A stretch of 64,000 nt of DNA from Vitrella brassicaformis CCMP3155 (lineage: Eukaryota; Protista; Chromerida). The notes below the pieces were generated by a model. The model was not told where the DNA came from. It saw nothing but the letters and a program-made list of their open reading frames with translations, and searched no databases. Numbering within the stretch: the first letter of the stretch is position 1; each line of letters begins with the position of its first letter. Positions 26,506 to 38,521 of this stretch are shown piece after piece. The stretch is taken from assembly GCA_001179505.1 (NCBI GenBank), contig CDMY01000436.1, positions 1 to 64,000 on the forward strand, in the 5' to 3' direction. Made by a program: the position numbers and the translations under genes.

Positions 26506-27101
26506 AGCGATATCTATTGGTTGCAGTCAGTCAGGAGCGGGCAAGAGGGAGGGAGGGAGGGAGTGAGGAGCCTGTCATGTATGTGTTGATATCAGGTGGG
26601 GGGTTTTCGTGTCGGTCTGGTTCATCCATCAATACATGGTGCTTGTACAGGGAGGGGACGGACGGGGCAGCGGACTGACTGGCACATGTCCCATGTATGT
26701 GCGTGTCGCTCTGCATTCGGAGCAACGAGCTGCTTGGATGGTTGAACTCATCAGCTGCATTGCAAATCGTCTTGGCAGCGTCCCCGTGACATAGTCAACC
26801 ATCAAACAAACGCAGATATGGCGCCTTCCCCCCCCCCTGCAAATCGTCGACCACCGATCCGCCCATCTAAACCCTAAATCCACCCATCTTGCGAGAGCCG
26901 CGAATAGGCGAATAGATGAAGGCCTGTACGCGGCTTTCTCCCTGGCAGATGGCGACGGTTTCTTCACATTTCATCTGAGCAGCTGGTGCGGACACCCACA
27001 CCTTCCCTCGGACCAGAGCAGATCTCATGCATGCCTTTGAGGTGCTCTGTGTGTGTGTGTGTGTGTGTATGTCATTCAGGTTGCGTCATTTTTCCATCCT
27101 C

Positions 27102-29251
27102 ATGGCGACTGGTGGTCGCAAGCAGCGAGCGGGAAGTAGCCGAGGATGGGCCGAGTATCATCCGCTGCAGTTGATGAGCACCCGCTTTGGCCACACTAGC
27201 CACTTTGTTGATGAATACCGCCCCCTCCCGCAGCACATCGTCCCCCCGCCTCCCCGCAACCTCCTCGGCCCCGCCAGCCCGATGCCCCTGATGGGTCGTA
27301 CACAGCTGCTCGAGAGCAGGGGCAGGGAGGTCTTCAAATGGGTGGGGCGCGACGAAACTGGACAGGTAGGTCAGCCTCCGGAGGCTCTTGGTATCCGTGT
27401 GTGTGGATCGTGTATGCTATGCGTGTGCAGGTGGGCAACCACACCAAGGGCATCAATAAGGTCATAGCGAGGCTGCGGGACACCCAGACGCTACTCCGTG
27501 CCTACGTAAGCGTGCTGAGTGATATATTGACACCCAAGCCCTCCCTGCACCATTTCGATTCCTCTCTGCAGCCTGAGGTGCGGCCGTCAGAGTCCACCAA
27601 GCGGTCCCTCGCCACACTGACCAGCGCCGTCGATGAGTACATGGACGATATCCAACACCACAAGTCGGACGCCGTGGCAGAGGTGAGCTGGCACGATGTT
27701 GGCTCAACAAATGCTGTGGTAATGCTTTGGTGTGTGTGCAGGGTGGCGCGGCCGTCCACAGTGGTTACGAGCTGGAGTTGTGTGGTGTCGACTCGCGCGA
27801 CGCGAGCACACAAGTAGACGAGTACCAAATCGCAAACCACTTCTACGCTGGTGGGCGAGCACTTGATGATAGAATAGATACCCAGACACAGACTACGCTG
27901 CTGTGTCTGTGTCTGTGTGTCAGATTCAGTGCCGTCCATCTACGGCATGGACATCTGCCCCCTCCACACGATGTGCGACTTCCTGCAGCCCCGCCACCTC
28001 GCCGCCCTCCGCGCAGCAGCCAAGACCCCCACCGCAGTCACCATCAACACAGCATACGGCTCCAATCGACTCAAGGCCTACACGGAGAAGAAGAAGCTCG
28101 ACTCGGCCTTCCGCTTCGACCTCCACAACATGCACAGCATCCTCTGCGCGCTGCATGTGATGGAGGGGGCGGTGCTGGAGGGGCCGGTGGGGCTTACGGT
28201 GATTGAGGGGTGGGGCGAGGGCGAGTGGGTGCCCCACATGCACTTGGCCAAGCACCATGGTTGGGTGAAATCCCTGCCACTGGCGATCAGGGCGGCCGAC
28301 GTGCGTGAGGCGACCATGATGCAGCCTGACTACGCCACCTTTCCCAGGGGAGTGCGGCAGTGCTTCCTCTTCACGCACCGACTGCGGAAGCAGGACGCGG
28401 GCAGCCTGGTGGTGCGGGCGGGTCGCGGTGTGGGCGGCCACAGGTACACAGTGGGCGGCAGGGGGCTGGTCGACACATCCCCATTCTCAGGTCAGTCAGC
28501 ACGGCAGGCACGGGACAGCACATTGGAGGACAGACAGCAGGACTCACATATCGTGTGTGGGTACATTTGTTGATCTGGTCTGGTTGCCGCAGGCGTCACA
28601 TACGCTCTCATGCAGACGTTGCTACGCCGGCAAGCGAGAAGAAGAGACCACCTGCCGATCATTTCTCTCTCTCTCTCTCTCTCTCTCTCCGTCTCTGCCT
28701 TTGCGTGACGCACACAGAATTCAGGAGTCACCACCGGGCATCGTGGCGCAGATGTCGAGAATTCCGAAGACTGACCCCCGATTTGACTGGCTCACCGGCA
28801 TCCTGAGCAAGCAGGACTCCATCCATAAGCTCCCGGACTACTCCGACAATCTGCGAGACTACACGCCGATATGGGGCACCACCATATACACCACAGCGGC
28901 CGTCGGCCAGTCCGGAGGCTCACGTAAGTGATCCAAACAAGGACACGGCAGCACGCACTCACACATGACGTGCTTATTGTCTGTCTGTGTGTCTGTTTGT
29001 GTGTGTGTATTCCAGGCATCATCACTCTGAGTGGTGTCCGTCCAGGCGACGCGTTTGCGCTGCAGGTGCGCATCACCCGGAAGACCAGGACTGCAGTGTC
29101 GATTCAGCTGACCACGACGGAGGAGCGACAGGCTGGCCCGGTGCCCTACCCACTGTCCGTCGAGCTCACACGGGAGATGGTGGGGTGGGAGCTGGACTGG
29201 CTCTTGTCTCACACTGATGATGAGTGGGGAGGTCTCTTGATGGACGTGTAG
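27102..29251 (+). CDS. Lineage-specific F-box-like family protein, paralog 2
   Basis: Shares INKVIARLRDT, LHTMCDFLQPRHLAALRAA (F-box-like), WVPHMHLAKHHGWVKSLP, PIWGTT and DAFALQVRIT with the upstream paralog; stop 29251. An acceptor just 5' of ATG 27102 means the gene may start earlier. Confidence 0.7.
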
Positions 29252-29810
29252 CTAAGGGTACAGCTGACTGACCGACGTGAGTGGATCTCGAGACGACAGA
29301 CAGACAACGGGCCGTGCGTCTTGAGATGCTCCCTGTGGTGGCGGCGGCGTACAGAGAAGGGCGGTTGACCTGATGGCAGCCTTCTTCTATGTGCTACTAT
29401 CGCCACAGGGAGCGTTTCGGATGTTGGCGGTCGGTGTGCACAGATGGAGGAAGAGGAAGGGCTCAGTGTTCTCTCTGCATGCGTGTCGCATGTTGTTAAT
29501 AGCGGGAGGGGCGTTGCACTGGTACACCATGGATGGTACAGCAAGTATACACACGGCTGTGATGAGTGAATGCGCGCAGGCTCAAGCCACAGTCCACTTT
29601 TCATTGCAAACATGAATCGTTTGATCTGTCCAGCCTCAACACCAACCCCCTGATCCGAGCAGACTGCTTTTCTTCTTTTCGCTCCCTTCCCTCTTCGCCT
29701 CTGAGCTCGCGTTCTGAAAGGCAGCACGAAATGGCACCATGCGAGGGAGAGGCGTTGGTGGCCCACTATGTGATGGTGTATACTGATTCATCTGCCCTGA
29801 GGAAGCGCTG

Positions 29811-31865
29811 ATGCTGAGGAGGGCCCCTCTATCTCTGCTCGCGAGAGATCTGCAGGCTCTCGGAGGGCGGCAACTTAAGCAATGCAAGCAGCTCGCTGTC
29901 TTCGTCCACAAGGCGATGGCTGCAACCAACGCGACGCGCACCGCCCCAAGCCGTGCAGAAGTGGCAGAATCCTCGTCCGACGACGAGATGATGAGTGAGT
30001 CAGCCGCCGCATCGTCAGCCGACATCGGGATGGGCACCACCACGACCGAATCTCCACGCCGAGTGATCCATATGGCACGACGGAGCGACCCGCCTGTGCC
30101 AGACGAGGCGCTTGCGTCGATTCCCTGGATGGGCCGCTCACGGCTGGCGCGAATGATGACCATCACGGCACAGAGGGGGCCGTTCGACCAGTCGACGTGG
30201 CAAAAGTACATTGCTCGAGCGGACGTCATCCTCCCTGCGCTGAGGGAATACCACCTGGCCTTCATTCTCAACAGCCTGGCTGAGTCGGGTCATCTCTATC
30301 CGACCAAAGGCGACCTGAAGACAACGAAGGCGACACCGATGCAGCAGGGGAATCTGAAGGGCTTTATCGACCGTGCCTTGGTGCAGCTAAGGGGCGTCTA
30401 TGATGAGAGCGCTCTCCCTGACAGCGAGGCTACACCTGACGCGCCACCCGAGTGGACTGGCAAAGGCGCCGCCAGCATCGCCCGAGGGCTCTATCGGCTC
30501 AACTGCCTCGACCCACCATCGTTTGTTCTGCTCGCATCCGTGCTGCAAAGGCCCTTGCCCACTCCTGCAAAAGACCCCCGTCAGCCGCCCCAGCCGCCAG
30601 CCTTTGCCCGAAGTGGTGGGAGGAGAGCCGGGAAGGCCGCTGGCGGTAAACATGCCACACTGGTGGATGATCTCGGCGGCAAAGAGGCCACCTTGGCCAT
30701 ACACACCTTCACAAAGGCGTATCGGCAGACGAGAGCCGCTAACAATGAGGCATCACGGGCTGTCTATGCAGGACTCTTTGCCTTGTTTATGCGGCGGCTG
30801 GGGCATCCTGATGTGCTCAAAGACCTGACGGCTGCCAATGCGGCACTGCTGCTCAACGCATTGGCTGTTGCGTCAACACGGCATCTACCTGTGGCAAGGG
30901 CTGATGGCGGCGACAACCAAGACCAGACCGAAGACCACAAGACCCCTGCCGACCTCCCTTCGACGCAAGACGGCAACTCGCCACCTGTGCCGAGCTTCAA
31001 CAGGTCTGTCACATCCCCTTCGTCAGCTCTGCAGACCCTTCTCGATCGGCTGGCGTCCAGCGGCTTCATTGAGGAAATGAATCTCCATTCGCTCAGCCTC
31101 GTCATGGACGCCGTGGCCAAGCTCTGCTCCCAAGCACAGCAGCAGCAGCCGCAAGAAGACGTCAGGTTTGTATCGTTCTGCGACGTCGTGCTGGAAGAGG
31201 TGGTCGACCGTGTGAGAGGCCTACAGCCGGTGGAAAGAGGGAGGAGACCGACGGATGCCATCCATCCTCAGTCACTGCTGATGATCCTGATGGCGTGCGC
31301 GAGGCTTCACTATCACGGCTCTGTTGCTACCGTCTATGGAAGCCTCCTGCCGCACGCTACCCACCTCATGGAGGCCAACAAGTTGGAGCCCTCCATGCTC
31401 GTGTCGCTGGCGCGTGCTGTGGCTGATTTGCATCAGGAGGGCCTTCTCGCAGCGTCAGGCGGCGATATGTTGGGGCGGCTGCTGGCGGCTCTTCTTAGGG
31501 CGGCTGGGAGGAGGCTGGGGCAGATCGAGCTCAAGGAGATCGTCATGCTGCTCGACTCGTGGACAAGGGGACAATTCGATGATGCACTTGGGCTCTATGT
31601 GGAAAGAAGCGAAGACAAGAGGACGCACATCGCCTCTGCACCGATCAAGTCGACTGATGGCGGTCTCTTGCGAAGAAGCGACTTTGGGAGTCCTCTACAT
31701 GAGCTGGTCAAGAGGCGGGTGGTGCGGTTGATGCAAGAGAAGACGCAGGCCGGGAGCTCGGATGAGCTGATCCGCCTGCATGGGAAGGTTGCGTGGTGCT
31801 ACCAGCAAGCAAATCTGAGCAAGAGTGACACGGATGATGTGATGCGGCTGATCCATGGATGTTGA
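29811..31865 (+). CDS. Intronless helical-repeat protein (heptatricopeptide/octotricopeptide-like), probably mitochondrion-targeted
   Basis: Single 684-aa ORF; Arg/Leu-rich, acid-poor N-terminus MLRRAPLSLLAR; degenerate helical repeats TWQKYIARADVILPALREYHLAFILNSLA, MNLHSLSLVMDAVAKL, IHPQSLLMILMACARL, LEPSMLVSLARAVADL, IELKEIVMLLDSWTR. Family assignment by eye. Confidence 0.7.
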   Translation: MLRRAPLSLLARDLQALGGRQLKQCKQLAVFVHKAMAATNATRTAPSRAEVAESSSDDEMMSESAAASSADIGMGTTTTESPRRVIHMARRSDPPVPDEALASIPWMGRSRLARMMTITAQRGPFDQSTWQKYIARADVILPALREYHLAFILNSLAESGHLYPTKGDLKTTKATPMQQGNLKGFIDRALVQLRGVYDESALPDSEATPDAPPEWTGKGAASIARGLYRLNCLDPPSFVLLASVLQRPLPTPAKDPRQPPQPPAFARSGGRRAGKAAGGKHATLVDDLGGKEATLAIHTFTKAYRQTRAANNEASRAVYAGLFALFMRRLGHPDVLKDLTAANAALLLNALAVASTRHLPVARADGGDNQDQTEDHKTPADLPSTQDGNSPPVPSFNRSVTSPSSALQTLLDRLASSGFIEEMNLHSLSLVMDAVAKLCSQAQQQQPQEDVRFVSFCDVVLEEVVDRVRGLQPVERGRRPTDAIHPQSLLMILMACARLHYHGSVATVYGSLLPHATHLMEANKLEPSMLVSLARAVADLHQEGLLAASGGDMLGRLLAALLRAAGRRLGQIELKEIVMLLDSWTRGQFDDALGLYVERSEDKRTHIASAPIKSTDGGLLRRSDFGSPLHELVKRRVVRLMQEKTQAGSSDELIRLHGKVAWCYQQANLSKSDTDDVMRLIHGC

Positions 31866-32094
31866 TGGGCGTTAGCGTCAGTAGCGTGAGTAGCAGAGCT
31901 GTTCTTCAGTTGGTGCCGTTTAAATTTCGAGACGCGAGCCTCACCATAGCCCAGTTCTCACCGTGGCATCGTCCTCTGCGTGCAGCTCGGCACGATCACC
32001 CAACACAACAAACAACTGCATGCACTCTGCTTCACGTAACAGGGCTGAGTTTTCCGGACATGATGCGAGCTCAGTTTGGCCCACTTCGCCCACC

Positions 32095-32780
32095 GGGCGT
32101 CTCAAGCCTCTGTTCCGCTCCACGAACAGATGACGCAAGCAATGATCTCCCTTGGCGAGAATTGGAGACGGGACGAGAAATTCAATTCGAGCCATTTTTT
32201 GGATTCGAGACAGAAATTTCGTCCCGTTTCTCACATTTCCGGCTCCGCTCGGCTTCTCAGCCTTCTTTCGGCCACAGATGCCCCGGTTCTTTTTGTTTTC
32301 ATCCGCTTTCTGGCTCGTGTGGTCCGCCTCATCCCCTTCCGCCCCTCCCAACTCGTCCGGATGAAATCTGACCATTCCCTCCTCTACCGCCGCGCCACGA
32401 GGGAGGGCGAGCGAGGGCTCGTGGCGCCCTGCCGAAACGCGAGCTTCACGATGCTCAGTGGGCGTCTCGAAGCCGCCGATCTCCTTCCCGAATCAGACGA
32501 TGCAAGCAATGATTTTCCTGGCGAGAATTGGAGACGGGACGAGAAATTCGAGATTCGGAGACAGAGATTTCGTCCCTTTCTCACAATTCCCGTCCGCTCG
32601 GGTTCTCAGCCTTCTTTCGGCCACAGATCCTCCGTTTCTTCTTCTTTTCATCTGCTTTGTGGCTGGTGTGGTCCGCCTCATCCCTTTCTGCCCCTCCCAA
32701 CTCGTCCGGATGAAGTCTTATTCTTCCTTCCCCTACCGCCGTGCCGCGAGCGAGGCCTCCGCCGGTGGCGCCCTGCCGGC
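32095..32780. repeat. Two diverged direct repeats (~340-365 bp unit), each containing an internal inverted repeat
   Basis: Shared blocks gggcgtctc(g)aagcc, gcaagcaatgat, ggcgagaattggagacgggacgagaaattc, ttctcagccttctttcggccacagat, gtggtccgcctcatccc, gcccctcccaactcgtccggatgaa, ctaccgccg, ggcgccctgccg occur in the same order at ~32095-32435 and ~32460-32780. Confidence 0.85.
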
Positions 32781-33262
32781 TGCTGAGCGGGTGGCGACTG
32801 CCTGAAACCTGTCTGGCGTCAGCTGAGTAGGCGGCGCACACCTTCGTTTGTCTTCAAACTTTGAGCATCCTCAGGTGAGTATATGCGTCGTGTCATGTGT
32901 TGGCTGCGGTGATGGTATGGGGTATGGAGAATGTTAAGGGATGACTGCGTGGTCTGTTTCATCGCTGTGGTGATCTCATCTGCTGTCATTCCTGTGTGCA
33001 GATGGAATTTTGGGTTTCTCTCCTGCTGGCCGTCTCCTTTCTCGATGGAGTCCTCAAGAGGTCAGTTCATTTGTGTGGTGACGTTGTGTGGTGCGCTCAT
33101 GTGTGGTGGTGAGTCAGCCCTGCCCATCGCCTCTGCCCTCTGGGCAAACCTCACATGTGTGGTGACCTGGCGATGGATTCCATGGGTGGCTGTCGCCTGG
33201 GGCGATGGTAGTGTGGAGTTGGATGGTGTGTAGGTGAATACATGGTCGGGGGGGGGGGGGGG

Positions 33263-33562
33263 NNNNNNNNNNNNNNNNNNNNNNNNNNNNNNNNNNNNNN
33301 NNNNNNNNNNNNNNNNNNNNNNNNNNNNNNNNNNNNNNNNNNNNNNNNNNNNNNNNNNNNNNNNNNNNNNNNNNNNNNNNNNNNNNNNNNNNNNNNNNNN
33401 NNNNNNNNNNNNNNNNNNNNNNNNNNNNNNNNNNNNNNNNNNNNNNNNNNNNNNNNNNNNNNNNNNNNNNNNNNNNNNNNNNNNNNNNNNNNNNNNNNNN
33501 NNNNNNNNNNNNNNNNNNNNNNNNNNNNNNNNNNNNNNNNNNNNNNNNNNNNNNNNNNNNNN
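33263..33562. other. Assembly gap (300 N)
   Basis: Run of N flanked by poly-G on both sides. Confidence 1.
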
Positions 33563-33940
33563 GGGGGGTGTGTGATCATGGCCTTTCGTTGGCCAATTCT
33601 GTCTGTGTGCAGATGGAACCTTTTTCTCCTGATGGCCGTCTCCTTTTCTCGACGGAGTCTTCAGCAGGTGAATGGAGTATTCAATGAATCAGGTGTTCAG
33701 AATACTCCGAATTTTGCCTTTGCTGCTCCACAGACAGCCTCTTCCCTTCCTAGAAAAATAGCAGAAAAGCAAACCTGGTGAGAGAAAACAAACGAGGGAA
33801 GTTGAGCACATTCTTTCTGTAGCGCCGCCGTCGACGACAAAGCGAGACCGCCGAAGTCCCCATCGCCCCTTTCTCTCAAGATAGAAGGAAGAAGCGCCAA
33901 AACTCCCGCTCGCTCCTCAGCTCTCTCTCGATCCACGCTC

Positions 33941-36900
33941 ATGGCTGCATCGCCCGCCCACCTCATGGCCCTCTACGCTTCAAACAAATGGTAACGAAAC
34001 CCGGCCCCGACTTGTGGACGCGGATCGACGCCACGGCAACAAGCACCCAAACACCGACGGCCCTCTCCTTTTCTCCTTTATGAAAACCATCAAACTAACA
34101 AACTCCTCCGTTCCTCCACAGACGCATCGCATCGCATAATTATCAAATAGAGAATGGAATACCAAAGACAGCATACGTGTATGTATATGTATGTGTAGCT
34201 AGCTAGCTCTTGTCAGTTTGTTGTTTGTGAGGCTTTGCTTTGCCCTTTGTTGCTTGCGGACGTAGACAGACAGACAGACAGACACACAGACAGGCGGGCT
34301 GTCTTCCTTCCCTGCTTCCTTGATAGCTTGGTTGGTTGGTCTGTATTAGGACAACAGCTGACTTACCTACCTTGGCGCAGGTACGTACGCAAAGACAGAC
34401 AGACAGACAGAAGAGAGAGGGAGGGTGACGTCTTCGACTGTGTTCCTCACATTACTTCCACATTCTCTTTGTCTGTGTGTCTGTCTGTCTCTCTTGTCTC
34501 TCTGTCTGGCCTGCTCGTAGATGCAGGCAGGCCGGCCGCTATGGGTGGACCAGCTGGAGAGGAGACAACCTGATCAGCCACGGCCCACCCTGCTGCACGT
34601 GGGCACCACACAGGAGACACGAGAGGCGGGCGCTGAGTAAGTGTGTCGGTTGGCCTGTCTGTATGTGGGCGGTGCAGCTGGTTTGACGAGGTCACTTGTT
34701 TGTTTGTGTGTACACATGTGTGGACAGATACTGCTCAACCACTACCCTGGTCGCTTCGTTGAGTATCTCGACCACCACTTTGACGAGCTATGGACTCATA
34801 TTATTATGCGCTACTACGCCGAGGCCCTCCACAGGTACGATCAGCCAGCAGTGAGCGACACACGAATGCTGCACGTGCAACACACAATCTCTGCGGGCGT
34901 GTATATTCGTGTCGACAGGTCATCCCATGTGGGAGGCAATGTGTACATTGCGCCCGTGTCGATCGTATGCCATTTCCTCTTCGATGGCCTGGACGGTCTG
35001 GCGGCCATGGAAGACGCGTGAGCAAGAAACGAGAGCAGAGAGGACACCATCTCATCTGGTGCAGGAAAAATAGTTAAAACACGCGCGCAGGAGGCCCCCA
35101 GAACGCCCATCCCTTCCAAGATAGAGATCGTGACGAAGGCGCCACCGAAGAAGGCCAAACCCAAACCGAAGGCCAAGGCCAAGGCAAAGGGTGCGGACGG
35201 CTGCACAGCACGCGCACATGCAGTACATACTGTGCACAGACAGACAGACGCACGTAGATCTCTTGGTATCGCTGCATGCCGCGGCGAAGCGATGACTGAC
35301 GCCTCCGCCTGTGTCTCTGTGCGTGTGGTGTGTCTGTGTGCAGCCCCTCCTATCCAGCCCCTCCCCCTTCCCCGCCTGCACACCTTCGAATTTCTGGTGA
35401 GCAGCAGAATGACGTGCTGGTGTGACGAGCTGAGATCTCTGCCTTTTCGTGGCTCCTCCATTGTTTCTCGCAGCCCCAGAGTCGCGTCCGCATCATTCAG
35501 CACTGCCCGGTAGGACCTGACACGCAACAGGACGCATCGGTATATGTGTGTTTGTGTGTTTGTGTGTCTATGTGTGTGTGAATGTGTGTGTGTGTATATG
35601 TTGGCGACGCGCGTCCCTCCCTTCGTGTCGCCCAACCAAAAAGAACGGGGAAACGGTGAGTGGGATCGATGTGAGGGAGGGAGGACGGGTTTTCAAGGTC
35701 ACGCCCTTTCTTTGCGTTTTTTGCAGACGACGACTACGGTGGATATTGGCTCGATTCTGGACGTGATTGGGGGGAACCAGCAGATGCAGGTACGGAGGGG
35801 GGATGGGTCCAGGGGGCTTCTCTTACTGTTTCGTTCCCGTTTTCCTGTGTGACTGGCTTGTCAGGAAGCCTTCATGGCCTGCTTGCTTCAGAGTTCGACC
35901 AACTCAAACAGCTACTCCAACAGCAACATCAACAACAACACCACAAACAACAGCCAGGTAGGATGCGACCACTCCCCCTTCCCCACCCACCCACACAAAC
36001 ATACTGTGACGGTGCTCTGGGTGCTCTGTGGTTGTGTGGTGTCAGGTACGTGTAATACACTTCATCCGACACACATCGCGCCACGACGAGAACCAAAACA
36101 CCAGACACCATCACCCACCCACCCAACGACACACAGAGGGACGTGTGTGGACGTTCAGGCCGGTGGGGGCGGTGCGGGCGCCGGGGTAGCTAGCAGTGGT
36201 GTTGAAGGTGTTGCTGTCGGGTCTGTGAGTGAGCGTGACGGTGCTTGTGGTGGCGTGACGGTACGCACAGGCGGCCAACCCACCACACACACAGGCACAT
36301 GTGTGAATGGCAAGATGGCTGTGCCTGTCCTTCTGTGTGCAGGTGGTTGGGTCGCAGGATGCACACTCGTCAGCAGCAGCAATAGTTCATCAAACACCAG
36401 GTGCGACACACCTCATGACCGTGCTTGGCGCAACGGCAAACAAGATGCGTCTCAACAGACAGATGTCTGTGCGTGTGTTGTGTTGCCTTGGACGAAAGGT
36501 TGTTGCATCGTGTCGTGATCATGGCCACGGTCGCTCGTGGAGGTGGAGGTGGTGCTGGTGGAAGGAAGGGAGGTGGTGGCGGCAAGAGGCCGCCGAAAGG
36601 TCCTGGAGGTGGCCCGCCGACGGACGGCGGCTCGGGGTCCAAGCCCGGTGTCAAGTGGGCGCCAGTTCGTCCAGATTTGTTGGTCGAATTGAGCCGGTAA
36701 AGTGCACGAATGGCCGATGGATGGCGGAGGAGATGAGATCTGTGGCTTCCTCTCTCTTTCTGCCTGCAGGCCCCGGTGCAGGGCCCTCCCCCGGCTAGGA
36801 AGATCAAAGTGAGTAACGTGGCGCGGCAAAGTAACATACACGCACGCCACCTCAACAGCACCCAACCATTTGCTGGATGGATGGATGGATGGTTCCGTTG

Positions 36901-38521
36901 TGTGATCCTTATGTATTTTGGCGGGGTCTCCCTACCATATACCCACACAGAACGGCAACTTGGTGAATGGGATGGATGGACGGAAGGAATGAGCTCACGC
37001 ACCACACCCCTTTTTCTCTCCGTGCAATGCAGCGGACTGAGTTGATTGAGTTTTCGGATCTGCCCCGAGTGCTGGCGCAGATAGAGGTGCGCGGGGGGAG
37101 ACAACACAACACAACACAACACAACACATGGAGGGGGGGGAGGGGCAGACGTGACAGAACGGCCTTTCTCACTCACATCTAGTGGTCTCTTCTCTTGTTT
37201 GTCAGTCAAAGTTTGGCGAGTGGTGCCTCGGCGACGACGCGGTACACACACATACACACACACACACATATACACATCTGGAGGACGGTGCTCTCTCTCT
37301 CTCTGTCTTTTGTGTGTGTCAGGTACGTGCGCGTGTCGCGCTCAACATATGCAACCGAAACACCGCCAGACACGCGGAGGGACACGTGTGTGTGGCTGGT
37401 CAGGCTGCGAGTGCAGGTGGCGGTGGCGGCGTAGCCAACGGTGCGGGCCCCGGCTCATCGTCTGCTGGTGGCATGTCGAGTGCGGCGGGGGGAGGGGGCG
37501 GGGGNNNNNNNNNNNNNNNNNNNNNNNNNNNNNNNNNNNNNNNNNNNNNNNNNNNNNNNNNNNNNNNNNNNNNNNNNNNNNNNNNNNNNNNNNNNNNNNN
37601 NNNNNNNNNNNNNNNNNNNNNNNNNNNNNNNNNNNNNNNNNNNNNNNNNNNNNNNNNNNNNNNNNNNNNNNNNNNNNNNNNNNNNNNNNNNNNNNNNNNN
37701 NNNNNNNNNNNNNNNNNNNNNNNNNNNNNNNNNNNNNNNNNNNNNNNNNNNNNNNNNNNNNNNNNNNNNNNNNNNNNNNNNNNNNNNNNNNNNNNNNNNN
37801 NNNNGGCGGGGGCGGAGGGGCTGGGGGCGGCGTCGGGAGTGGTACGCACGCCACACACACATTGAGGGAGGGATTCATTCAACACACACCCAGAAGGGGC
37901 ATGCCTGCAGCCATGCATGAGTGCGTCTATGCGTGCCTGCAGTTGCCCAGCACGGCGGCAACGCCGGCGGTTCCATCCCGGTATGGGCAAATGACAACCC
38001 ACTAGACACACACGCGGCAAACAAGAAGCGTCTCAACGGATGTCCGTGTGTGTGTGTGTGTTGTGTTGCCATTCTGCAGACACGTACGAAGACACAGATA
38101 CACCAGCCAAGAGATGCATCCATCCATCCAACAATCCATCCACACAAATGTACAGCTCTCCCTGTGTGTGTGTGTGTGTGTCACTGACTGCAGCGCTCTC
38201 CAACACCTCCAACACACCCGCACCCCCGGTCGTGGTAAGCCATCACACAACACGCACATACACACGTACCCACAGTGGGCAGCCATACCATCTGTTTACC
38301 TGTCTGTGTGTGTGTGTGTGTGTGTGGTGCAGGACGCCATTCAGGAGCCCCCCACACCTGGCCTGGCCACGGGCGGCGTCCATGGCCCCGGCCTGCGCGG
38401 CACGTTGGAGGACAACTACGTGAACGTCTACGACGCACACGGCGTGGCCTCCACCGGCAAGACCGCACACCCGGCGCAGAGCATCACGGGCACTGCGTGG
38501 GACCCTGCCAAGAAGCGCTAG
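33941..38521 (+). CDS. Multi-exon hypothetical protein with Lys/Pro, Gln and Gly low-complexity tracts, spanning the second gap
   Basis: Phase-compatible chain MAASPAHLMALYASNKW|TTADLPTLAQ|MQAGRPLWVDQ...TLLH|ILLNHYPGRFVEYLDHHFDELW...|...KIVKTRAQEAP...KAKPKPKAKAKAK|...|DAIQEPPTPG...GTAWDPAKKR*. Several middle exons are uncertain. Confidence 0.55.
37505..37804. other. Assembly gap (300 N)
   Basis: Run of N flanked by G-rich sequence within a Gly-rich exon. Confidence 1.

Noticed and set aside
26867-26878. ctaaaccctaaa telomere-like / telo-box motif
   Set aside because: Under two repeat units; expected by chance in 64 kb.
26531-26967. Possible small minus-strand gene with a CxxC (RCSECR)
   Set aside because: Could not build a consistent exon chain; single CxxC is weak.
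32095-32780. CRISPR-like array
   Set aside because: Only two long diverged units, no short repeat-spacer periodicity, eukaryotic context.
35019-35021. In-frame TGA between two coding-looking stretches (possible selenocysteine or readthrough)
   Set aside because: A ~69-nt GT-AG intron (GAC G|gtctgg...ggtgcag|GA AAA) removes it in the correct phase; no Cys/Sec context.
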